Shown: in pieces, positions 18,402 to 25,921 of the stretch
Position numbering within the stretch: the stretch's first letter is position 1
Layout of the letters: each line of letters opens with the position of its first letter
Origin: Halogeometricum borinquense DSM 11551
GTDB taxonomy: Archaea; Halobacteriota; Halobacteria; Halobacteriales; Haloferacaceae
Direction of reading: 5' to 3'
NCBI RefSeq assembly: GCF_000172995.2
Contig: NC_014729.1
Location: 360,001 to 392,000 of the forward strand
Length of the DNA stretch: 32,000 bases
The notes under the pieces: model-generated
Database searches by the model: none
The model's input: only the letters and a program-made list of their open reading frames with translations
What the model was told of the DNA's origin: nothing
Translations under genes and position numbers: made by a program

Positions 18402-18905
18402 ATGAGCGAGGACGCTCCGGAGGGGTTCCCGGACGACGCAGCGTCGTTCGTCCAGCAGTACATCGAACAGGAACACGGATACCTCTCGTGGCTCGGAACG
18501 CAGGTGAACGAATTCGAAGACGGGCGCGTGGTGATGACCATCCCGTACGACGAGAAACTCACCAATACGACGAACCCACCGACGGTTCACGGCGGTATCG
18601 CCGCGACCCTTATCGACACCGCAGGCGGCATCGCCCAGCGCACGATGCTTTCGGACCCGATGAACGGCGGGGTGGCGACGGTGAATCTGAACGTGAACTA
18701 TCTCCGCCGGGCCGCGGGCGACCTGCGAGCGACTGCTGAAGTCGTTCGCGCGGGTGGCAGTATCGGAGTTAGCACTGTGACTGTCGTCAGTCGTCCGCCC
18801 GAACGCGTCCGCGAGAACGACGAAGCGTTCGAACGCTGGCAGGGGACGACCGACGAGGAAGCCGTCGCCACCGGACAGGGTGCATACCGACTGTTTCGGG
18901 ACTGA
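18402..18905 (+). CDS. PaaI-family hotdog-fold thioesterase
   Basis: HGYLSWLGTQVNEFEDGRVVMTIPYDEKLTN...VHGGIAATLIDTAGG...TVNLNVNYLRRA...A.VVRAGGSIG is the typical PaaI/YbgC-like pattern. ATG at 18402. Confidence 0.85.
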   Translation: MSEDAPEGFPDDAASFVQQYIEQEHGYLSWLGTQVNEFEDGRVVMTIPYDEKLTNTTNPPTVHGGIAATLIDTAGGIAQRTMLSDPMNGGVATVNLNVNYLRRAAGDLRATAEVVRAGGSIGVSTVTVVSRPPERVRENDEAFERWQGTTDEEAVATGQGAYRLFRD

Positions 18906-18923
18906 ACAGGCCGACTCGGACTG

Positions 18924-19499
18924 CTACTCGAAGCGAATCTCTTCGCGTGTCGTTACCTCTCCGAACAACCAGTCTGCGTGTTCGAGCGCATACTCCTTGT
19001 GGTCGGCCTCGATTGCGCCGATAGCGTCCGCTACGAGAACCGGCCGGTAGTCGCGGAGGCCGGCGCTTCCCGCGGTGTGGAGGACGCAGACGTTTGCCAG
19101 CGTGCCGCAGAACAGCAAGTCATCGATGCCGTGAGCGTCTAGCCACCCCTCTAACTCCGTCTGATGGAAGGCGTCGTAGGTGTGTTTGACGACGACGTGG
19201 TCGTCCTCACGTACGTCGAGTTCCTCGACTAATTCTGTCTCCCACGTACCCTCTACGACGTGTTCTCCCCATCGGTCGAACTCGTCGTAGTAGTGGGCGT
19301 CATCGAACTGCTCGGGCGGGTGAACGTCTCGTGTGTAGACGACGGCTGCGCCCGCATCGCGCACGTCGGCGACCAGCGCGGCGACATCGTCTACGACAGC
19401 CTCACTCTTCGGTGCGTACAGACTCCCGCCGGGGTGACAGAAGCCGTTTTGCATGTCAACGACGACGACAGCCGTTCGTTCGGGGTCGAATTCGGACAT
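18924..19499 (-). CDS. pncA: isochorismatase-family cysteine hydrolase, probable nicotinamidase
   Basis: Catalytic D-K-C pattern: VVVVDMQNGF, VVVKHTYDAF, LFCGTLANVCV. ATG at 19497-19499. The remainder of the 564-aa ORF is an antisense artefact. Function is inferred from the nicotinate phosphoribosyltransferase gene 3.8 kb away. Confidence 0.85.
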   Translation of the reverse strand: MSEFDPERTAVVVVDMQNGFCHPGGSLYAPKSEAVVDDVAALVADVRDAGAAVVYTRDVHPPEQFDDAHYYDEFDRWGEHVVEGTWETELVEELDVREDDHVVVKHTYDAFHQTELEGWLDAHGIDDLLFCGTLANVCVLHTAGSAGLRDYRPVLVADAIGAIEADHKEYALEHADWLFGEVTTREEIRFE

Positions 19500-19709
19500 A
19501 CACGGACGTTCTATCGCCGGGACCAAAACGCTATATTCACCGCTGAACGGATTATGAACCCACGTCCATATCTCCGGATAATTAGGAATGTGATCAGTAT
19601 TCGCGGGGTGTGTGAGCATATATCGGGTTCTCTGGCTCGGAAACGGCCCGTCATGGAATTTGCGTGGAAAAAGGTACTTCCCCAAGGGGGCCTTCGGAAA
19701 ATCTAGAGT

Positions 19710-21197
19710 ATGTTGACGAAACACGGAATCGCCGTGGGTGCCCTCTCCCTCCTCCTCGTACTTGCTGGATGTACGGCACCGATGGTGGAACCGGAACTCG
19801 GTGACGGCGGCGTCGCAGGCGGGCCGTCGGACACTTCTGTTATTGCCTCTCCTGATGCGAATTTCACGGACCCGGCCGATGACCCACTCGGCTGGGAAGA
19901 CGGATACTGGTATAACGAGTCGATAGCTGTCGATCAGTCCGACGGCCTCTCGGACACTGAACTCCGAGCGTACGTCGCCCGGTCGATGGCGCGTGTGGAG
20001 TATCTCCGTCACAAGGAGTTCAAAAAACGCGTCTCGGTGGACATCCTCTCCCGTGAGGAGTACCAAGAGCAACAGCGTGCGAACGCACAGAACGGGTCCG
20101 CTGCCGGTAACCAGACGGAGTTCAACCAGTGGAACAACCAAGTCTGGGAAGCGTTGTTCATCTCCGGTGAGTCCGGCGACAGTCAAGCCGAGATAAGCGA
20201 GACACAGGGAAGTTCGGTTGCAGGTTTCTACTCCCCCAGTAACGACGCGATTACGGTCATCACGCCGTCGCCCGATTCGCCGCGAATCGATAATGCGACG
20301 CTGATTCACGAACTCACTCACGCACTGCAGGACCAACACTACGATCTGACGAGTCAGACCTACCGCGGTGACACGCAGGACCGTAGTTTGGCTATCGACG
20401 GGGCCGTCGAAGGCGACGCGAAGTACGTCGAACTCCTGTACGCCGACCGTTGTGGAATCGAGTGGGAGTGCGTCGAGACGCCACCGGCAACGGGTGCAGG
20501 TGGCTCTGCTGGTTCGGCTGGCAATGGCCCAAACCTCGGTATCTTCCTGACCATCTTCCAACCGTACTCGGACGGTCCCGTGTACGTTCACGATAAGGTG
20601 CAACAAGGTGGCTGGCAAGCCATCGACGAACTGCTCCGGAACCCGCCGGAGTCAACTGAACAGACGATTCACAGCACCGACGAGAAACCCGTTCCCATCG
20701 AGTATCAGGATCGGTCTACCAACGGATGGGCGACCTTCCCTCAGCAGGGGCAGGATGGCTCCGATACCGTCGGTGAAGTGTCGATGTACGCAATGTTCTG
20801 GTATCAGGCGCGGATGTCTGGTGCTGAAACCATCCCTTCGCAGAGTATTCTTCGGACGGAAAGTCAGTACGATACGTACAACTACGATGCCGCTCCGTCG
20901 AACGGTTGGGGGAACGACCGCCTGTTCCCGTACAAGAATTCGGTTAACGGTAGCGACGAGTACGGCTACGTCTGGGTTACGGAGTGGGACTCGAAAGGTG
21001 ACGCACAGCAGTTCTACGACGCCTACGTGAATATTCTGGACGCGCACGACGCGACGAAGCAGAGCAAGAACACGTGGGTCGTTGAGTCCGGCCAGTTCGC
21101 AGATTCGTTCCGCGTCCAGCAGGACGGTACGCGCGTCACCATCGTTAACGGGCCGACGGTCGAGGACGTAGACGACATTCGACCGCCCGCGAACTGA
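19710..21197 (+). CDS. secreted HExxH lipoprotein, paralog 1 (family I recall being annotated as Hvo_1808 family surface protein)
   Basis: Lipobox LLLVLAGC, then GWEDGYWYNESIAVDQSDGL, the zincin-like strand-helix AGFYSPSNDAITVI...LIHELTHALQDQ, and FRVQQDGTRVTIVNGP at the C-terminus. Confidence 0.85.
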   Translation: MLTKHGIAVGALSLLLVLAGCTAPMVEPELGDGGVAGGPSDTSVIASPDANFTDPADDPLGWEDGYWYNESIAVDQSDGLSDTELRAYVARSMARVEYLRHKEFKKRVSVDILSREEYQEQQRANAQNGSAAGNQTEFNQWNNQVWEALFISGESGDSQAEISETQGSSVAGFYSPSNDAITVITPSPDSPRIDNATLIHELTHALQDQHYDLTSQTYRGDTQDRSLAIDGAVEGDAKYVELLYADRCGIEWECVETPPATGAGGSAGSAGNGPNLGIFLTIFQPYSDGPVYVHDKVQQGGWQAIDELLRNPPESTEQTIHSTDEKPVPIEYQDRSTNGWATFPQQGQDGSDTVGEVSMYAMFWYQARMSGAETIPSQSILRTESQYDTYNYDAAPSNGWGNDRLFPYKNSVNGSDEYGYVWVTEWDSKGDAQQFYDAYVNILDAHDATKQSKNTWVVESGQFADSFRVQQDGTRVTIVNGPTVEDVDDIRPPAN

Positions 21198-21365
21198 GTT
21201 CGCCAACTCGTTTTTCTCGATGCCACAGTCGCCGGACACTGCCGAGAGTGACGATACCGGGCAGCGACCATCCTGCGAACGCCCCCTGATTTCGGTGACT
21301 GTCTTCCTTCGAAGACCGCCCGACTACGCCGGGACTGTTTTCCGTAACCGCGCCTACGACTCCGT

Positions 21366-22727
21366 GTGAACATTTCCCGCTCGTCACTCGTCCCGGTCGT
21401 TCTCGCCCTCTCTCTCATCATCTCGGGATGTAGCGCTCCCGTTTCCGACCCCTCGGCCTCGTGGTCGTGGCCCGAGGACCCGCCGACAGACCGTATCGGG
21501 TGGGAGGAAGGGTACTGGTACAACGAATCCATCGCGGTCAACCAGTCTGACGGATTGAACGAGACGGAACTGGATGCGTTCGTCGCGCGGACGATGGCCC
21601 GTGTCGAACACGTTCGCCAGTTAGAGTTCCGTGAGGAGGTTCCCGTCGAAGTAATCTCACGGAAAGAGTACCGGAACGAGGCGAACGTCTTCCGGGCAGA
21701 ACCAGACTCGTGGCAAGAACAGGTGTACGAGGCATCTTTCCTCATCGGTGAAGACGAGTCGGTAGCTGACGTGTTGAACGGACTCTACGGCGGTGCTGTC
21801 GCGGGCTATTACACTCCCGGCGACGACCAAATCGTCATCGTCAGCAACTCCGAACAGCCGAAAATCAACCGCGTCACGCTGGCGCACGAACTCGTCCACG
21901 CGCTGCAAGACCAACAGTTCGGGTTCAATCCGCCGCAGGAGACGCACGACGCCCGGATCGCAGATAACGGACTCTACGAGGGAGATGCGAAGTACACTGA
22001 ATCTCTGTACGAGGAGCGCTGTGCGGACGACTGGGACTGTGTCCCGATACCACCTGCCGGTGCGGGCGGGGGCGCATCGTTCGATTTCGGCGTCTACCTC
22101 ACCATCTACGCGCCGTACAGTGAAGGTCCGGAGTTTGTCGCCGCCCTGCACGAACGCGGCGGGTGGAAGGCAGTGAACGACGCCTACGACAACATCCCTA
22201 CGACGGCCGAGCAGATCTGGCACCCGGAGAAGTACCCCGACGAGGGACCAACCAACGCGGACGTTCCCGACCGGTCTTCGACCGAGTGGTCGCGGTTTGA
22301 CCGTGAGACGGTGACGACCAGATTAGGGGAGGCGTACCTGTACGTGATGCTCTGGGACACCCGCGCTATCGACCGGCAGTCGCTGCGACAAGCGACTGGA
22401 CAGTACTCGCGGTATAACTATACGTCTGGTGCGAGCGCCGGATGGGGCGGCGATACGCTCGTCCCATACCGAAGCGAGAGCGGCGAGTTCGGCTACGTGT
22501 GGGCAATCGAGTGGGATACCGAAGCCGATGCCGAACAGTTCGACGAACGCTACCGGAAGTTACTCCTCCAACTCCGTATGAACGCCGAACGCATCGATTC
22601 GGAGACGTACGTGATTCGAGACGGGCCGTTCGCAGACGCCTTCCGCGTCCAGCAGAACGGAACGCGTGTCACCATCGTCAACGCGCCGTCAGTCGAAGCG
22701 TTAGACAGGGTTCACGCCAGCGGATAG
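21366..22727 (+). CDS. secreted HExxH lipoprotein, paralog 2 (same family as 19710..21197)
   Basis: GTG start. Lipobox LSLIISGC, then GWEEGYWYNESIAVNQSDGL, AGYYTPGDDQIVIV...LAHELVHALQDQ, and FRVQQNGTRVTIVNAP. Collinear with paralog 1 along its whole length. Confidence 0.85.
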   Translation: MNISRSSLVPVVLALSLIISGCSAPVSDPSASWSWPEDPPTDRIGWEEGYWYNESIAVNQSDGLNETELDAFVARTMARVEHVRQLEFREEVPVEVISRKEYRNEANVFRAEPDSWQEQVYEASFLIGEDESVADVLNGLYGGAVAGYYTPGDDQIVIVSNSEQPKINRVTLAHELVHALQDQQFGFNPPQETHDARIADNGLYEGDAKYTESLYEERCADDWDCVPIPPAGAGGGASFDFGVYLTIYAPYSEGPEFVAALHERGGWKAVNDAYDNIPTTAEQIWHPEKYPDEGPTNADVPDRSSTEWSRFDRETVTTRLGEAYLYVMLWDTRAIDRQSLRQATGQYSRYNYTSGASAGWGGDTLVPYRSESGEFGYVWAIEWDTEADAEQFDERYRKLLLQLRMNAERIDSETYVIRDGPFADAFRVQQNGTRVTIVNAPSVEALDRVHASG

Positions 22728-22781
22728 CGCTCCTGCTCGCACGGGAGAAAGCACTTATCGCGTCCGTAAGTCACAGCAGGC

Positions 22782-23204
22782 ATGCACCTTCGAAAGGCCC
22801 TCCTCGTTGCTCTCCTCGTCTCGTTCGCGGGGTGTTCCGGTGTTCCCAGTCTGTCCGACAACGGAACACCAACACCCACGCAGACGGCGACATCCACACC
22901 CACACCGACTGCGACACCAACGCCGACACCGACGCCCACGCCGACTGCAACTCCGACGGAGACGATTTCGTACATTGACTGCCCGGGAGTGCTCTCTATC
23001 GACTCCGTAGAGAACGTTACCGACGACGCGACGGTAATTCCGTACGCGAACCTCTCTGCGGAGCGGCAAAGCGAGTTCGACGCGGCCGTAGGTGGCCAAA
23101 GCGTCGAACTCGACCAACAGGGAGACGGCTACGACTTCTGGGTCGGCCGTCCGTACGTTCGGTACAATGGATCGGTCTACCGCGCCACCGTCGCCATCTG
23201 CTGA
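22782..23204 (+). CDS. small lipoprotein with a Thr/Pro-rich linker (140 aa), hypothetical
   Basis: Lipobox LLVSFAGC, linker TPTPTQTATSTPTPTATPTPTPTPTPTATPTET, then a roughly 80-aa globular domain ending in Cys. Confidence 0.75.
   Translation: MHLRKALLVALLVSFAGCSGVPSLSDNGTPTPTQTATSTPTPTATPTPTPTPTPTATPTETISYIDCPGVLSIDSVENVTDDATVIPYANLSAERQSEFDAAVGGQSVELDQQGDGYDFWVGRPYVRYNGSVYRATVAIC
22866..22964 (+). repeat. coding low-complexity (Thr-Pro)n repeat
   Basis: Iterated acVccV codons encode the TP linker of the lipoprotein. This is a likely O-glycosylated spacer of the type common in haloarchaeal surface proteins. Confidence 0.8.
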
Positions 23205-23293
23205 TCGTTCTCCCGACGTTTTGGAATCGTGCGCGCTCCGGTTCCGACCCGTGAACGGACGCGTTTTTCACCACGCCGGTGGAACGGCCTCTC

Positions 23294-24442
23294 ATGGACT
23301 TCGACATCGTCGGTACCGACGCGATTCGTGACGGGTCGGCCACCGACGCCTACTTCGAGCGAACGGAGACGACGCTCCGACACGCGGAGAAAAACCCGCA
23401 CGTCGTCGCCGAGGTGACGGCCGACCAGTTCCCCGACGGCGACTACGAACTCCTCGCGGGGGTCAAAGACGCCGCCGCCCTCCTCGAAGGCCACGACGTG
23501 GACGTAGACGCCATCCCCGAAGGCCGTCTGTTCGACGGCGGCCCAGTCATGCGAATCGAGGGATCGTATCTCGACTTCGGGCGCTTTGAGACCTCTCTCT
23601 TAGGATTCCTCTCGCACGCGTCCGGCGTCGCTACCGCCGCCCTCGACGTGCGGCGAGCAGCCCCTGATTCGACGGTCCTGTCGTTCGGCGCGCGGCACGT
23701 CCACCCAGCACTCACCGCGATGATCGAACGAAGCGCCCTTCTTGCCGGTCTCGACGGTATTTCCCACGTCGCCGCGGGGGACGTTCTCGGCCGCGAGGCG
23801 TCGGGAACGATGCCGCACGCGCTTCTCATCTGCTTCGGGCGCGGAAACCAAGAGGAGGCGTGGAAGGCGTTCGACGAGGCAGTCGAGGAGTCCGTTCCCC
23901 GGGTCGCCCTCTGCGATACGTACAGCGACGAGACCGATGAAGTACTCCGCGCCGTCGAAGCACTCGGTGACGACTTAGACAGCGTCCGACTCGACACCAC
24001 GTCCTCGCGCCGCGGCGACTTTCGGCACATCGTCCGCGAGGTACAGTGGACGCTCAATGCACACGACCACGAGTCCGTTGATGTGTTCGTCTCGGGCGGC
24101 CTCGGCCCGTCGGACCTACGACACCTCCGCGACGTGGCCGATGGGTTCGGTGTCGGCGGCTACGTCTCGAACGCGAATCCGGTTGACTTCGCACTCGATA
24201 TCGTAGAAATCGACGGCGAACCGGCGGCAAAGCGCGGAAAACTCACTGGCGTCAAAGAGGTGTACCGGACAGCCGACGGCGGCCACCACGTCGGCCTCGA
24301 AGACGCTGATTCACCCACCGATGCCGAGCCGTTGCTCGAACCGCTGATTCGAGACGGCGAAATCGTTCGGGAGTTCGACCTTGATGCGGCGGCAGCGCGA
24401 GCGAGAGCTGACGCCGAGCGGTGTGGATACGGCGCTGAGTAA
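23294..24442 (+). CDS. pncB: nicotinate phosphoribosyltransferase (archaeal type)
   Basis: MDFDIVGTDAIRDGSATDAYFERTETTL..., LSFGARHVHP, GTMPHALLI, VRLDTTSSRRGD and VFVSGGLG. ATG at 23294 is preferred over GTG at 23279. Confidence 0.88.
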   Translation: MDFDIVGTDAIRDGSATDAYFERTETTLRHAEKNPHVVAEVTADQFPDGDYELLAGVKDAAALLEGHDVDVDAIPEGRLFDGGPVMRIEGSYLDFGRFETSLLGFLSHASGVATAALDVRRAAPDSTVLSFGARHVHPALTAMIERSALLAGLDGISHVAAGDVLGREASGTMPHALLICFGRGNQEEAWKAFDEAVEESVPRVALCDTYSDETDEVLRAVEALGDDLDSVRLDTTSSRRGDFRHIVREVQWTLNAHDHESVDVFVSGGLGPSDLRHLRDVADGFGVGGYVSNANPVDFALDIVEIDGEPAAKRGKLTGVKEVYRTADGGHHVGLEDADSPTDAEPLLEPLIRDGEIVREFDLDAAAARARADAERCGYGAE

Positions 24443-24520
24443 CCCCACAGCCGTCGCTGGTCGCAGTGAGGAGGCGCAGGTTGCTGCCTTACGCGCGGGG
24501 AGGCACGTAGAACGTGTCAG

Positions 24521-25123
24521 TTACAGCTCTTCGACGCTGCCGCCGTCAGTTCGCTCGCGGAACACTTGCCCTTCGAACAACGTCACCATGGAATCTTCAT
24601 CCTGCCACGCAAGCGGTGACAGCCCGCCTTTGCGGCAGGCGTGCGTCAGGAACTGCTCTGCGGACCAGCCGTTCTCGACGGGAATCGTTGGGTAGAGCCA
24701 ACCGTGCTTGCCGTCTTTGTCGATAGCGACCCCGTGGGTACCGAGTTCGAGGTCGGCAACAGGATCGTTAGTCAGAACGTGATTACAGACGATGCAGACG
24801 GAAATGTTGAGATTTGGTAGTTCCGGCGGTTCGATTTCGGACCCGCACGAATCGCCCGATGCGGCTTGTATCGCCGCATCGACGATGGCGTGTCCCAGTT
24901 GGTCTTTCCCTCGATACGCGCCAGCGCACCCCCGTAGGCGGCCGCGTCCCCGCGTTGATCGTATTCGGACGAATGCACCGGTACGAGCGTAAAATGCGTC
25001 ACGCATACTTCCCGGCTGTTCTCGTTGCCCGTGGAGAACGTACGATTCGACCGATTCACGCGCTAGTTCGACCGCCCTCGACCCGTCGTCGTATGTGAGC
25101 CGAACGGTCTGCGCCTCGGACAT
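24521..25123 (-). CDS. AMMECR1 domain protein
   Basis: GAFVRIRS...GRLRGCAG...L..AIVDAAIQAASGD.R...I...ELP.L.ISV and GTHGV matches the AMMECR1 pattern. ATG at 25121-25123 (MSEAQTV) or the upstream start at 25168. Confidence 0.85.
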   Translation of the reverse strand: MSEAQTVRLTYDDGSRAVELARESVESYVLHGQREQPGSMRDAFYARTGAFVRIRSTRGRGRLRGCAGAYRGKDQLGHAIVDAAIQAASGDSCGSEIEPPELPNLNISVCIVCNHVLTNDPVADLELGTHGVAIDKDGKHGWLYPTIPVENGWSAEQFLTHACRKGGLSPLAWQDEDSMVTLFEGQVFRERTDGGSVEEL

Positions 25124-25277
25124 AATACTGTTCAGGCACTCGCTAAACTTGAACGCTTCCCTTGTCACCGCCTTGATTCGTCGTGCATTAAGTGCCTCCT
25201 ACCGCCTCTTTACCCCGAAATACGTCCAATCCTCTCGAATCGAACTTCTTATGCGCCTCTCGGAAGTAGTGAAAAAC

Positions 25278-25807
25278 GGCAGAGAGAGCCCGGTTCCCGT
25301 GTCCTGTCAGGTAGGTTATCTATCTGTTGGACATGAGGAAAGTCCCCCCACCGTCCGGACGGGTGACCGGGCGCAAGCCCGGAGTCGGAGACGACTGGCT
25401 CTGGAACAGAAACGAGACCTCTCGGTCCGACCGATGAGACGCGTGCGGCGGATGAATCCGCTGCCGGCGCGAACGGGTGACCCCGTTCGCGTGCGAACCG
25501 ACCCGTAAGGGGAGGGAGTTGACCCGTCGAGGGGAGCGCGCCCACAATGTGGCCGCGTCTGGCGAACGGGATACCCGTTTGCTCCGGGGTGACGGCAGTT
25601 GCCTCGGCCGCGACTGAACGCCTCGCGTTCGGTCGTAGACGACCGAGAACGGATGGAACGGCGAATCCTCACCGGTGCAAGTCCGCGCCGCTAAGGTAGT
25701 CCGGACAGCACGTTCGGGTTCGCCCGGCGTGCCCCCAATTTTGGGGAGGACGCGGACGCTCAGCCGAATGCCGGGTCGAAACAGAAGGGGGCTTACTCCT
25801 CTCAGCC
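25278..25807 (+). ncRNA. rnpB: RNase P RNA (archaeal type A-like); ends approximate
   Basis: CR-I GAGGAAAGTCC at 25335-25345. CR-V ACAGAAgggGGCTTA at 25781-25795, preceded by GCCGAATGCCGGGTCGAA (compare bacterial AGAUGAAUGACUGUCCACGACAGAA). GGTGCAAGTCC is also present (compare GGAGCAAGGCC). A candidate P1 pairs 25278-25288 (ggcagagagag) with 25797-25807 (tcctctcagcc). The only ORFs here are Arg/Pro-rich artefacts. Confidence 0.8.
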
Positions 25808-25823
25808 GTCTCGACCGACGCGA

Positions 25824-25854
25824 GAGTTATTATCTAATCTTCTCTGAGTTATTA
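25824..25854 (+). repeat. direct repeat GAGTTATTA x2, 22-nt spacing, in the P-type ATPase promoter region
   Basis: Copies at 25824-25832 and 25846-25854, each followed by (a)tct. They lie in a strikingly AT-rich 110-nt stretch between the RNase P RNA 3' end and the ATG at 25922. Confidence 0.7.
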
Positions 25855-25890
25855 ATCTCTTATACTATATGGGTCTCATTTCGCAGATGG

Positions 25891-25898
25891 ATTAATAA
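25891..25898 (+). promoter_or_regulatory. TATA-like box ATTAATAA for the P-type ATPase
   Basis: Centred about 28 nt upstream of the ATG at 25922, consistent with a leaderless transcript. Confidence 0.45.
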
Positions 25899-25921
25899 CC
25901 GGTAAGCGACTAGTTTCTCGT

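Noticed and set aside
17574-18590. 338-aa minus-strand ORF overlapping the M23-like and PaaI genes
   Set aside because: Basic, Arg-rich, and spanning two well-behaved plus-strand genes and their intergenic gap. No motifs found.
19500-20618. The 5' two-thirds of the 564-aa minus-strand ORF 18924..20618
   Set aside because: Only the last 191 codons (from the ATG at 19499) look like a real protein, an isochorismatase-family hydrolase. The remainder is Arg/Val-rich and runs antisense to the well-supported lipoprotein gene 19710..21197 and through the intergenic region. This is a typical high-GC shadow ORF.
22866-22964. Highly repetitive ACNCCN DNA as a non-coding repeat or array
   Set aside because: It is in frame within a lipobox-containing ORF and encodes a Thr/Pro linker, so it is a coding low-complexity region.
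25249-25905. Several 75-137-aa ORFs on both strands between AMMECR1 and the ATPase
   Set aside because: The region carries the RNase P RNA conserved elements. The ORFs are Arg/Pro/Ser-rich with no start context, so they were interpreted as non-coding.
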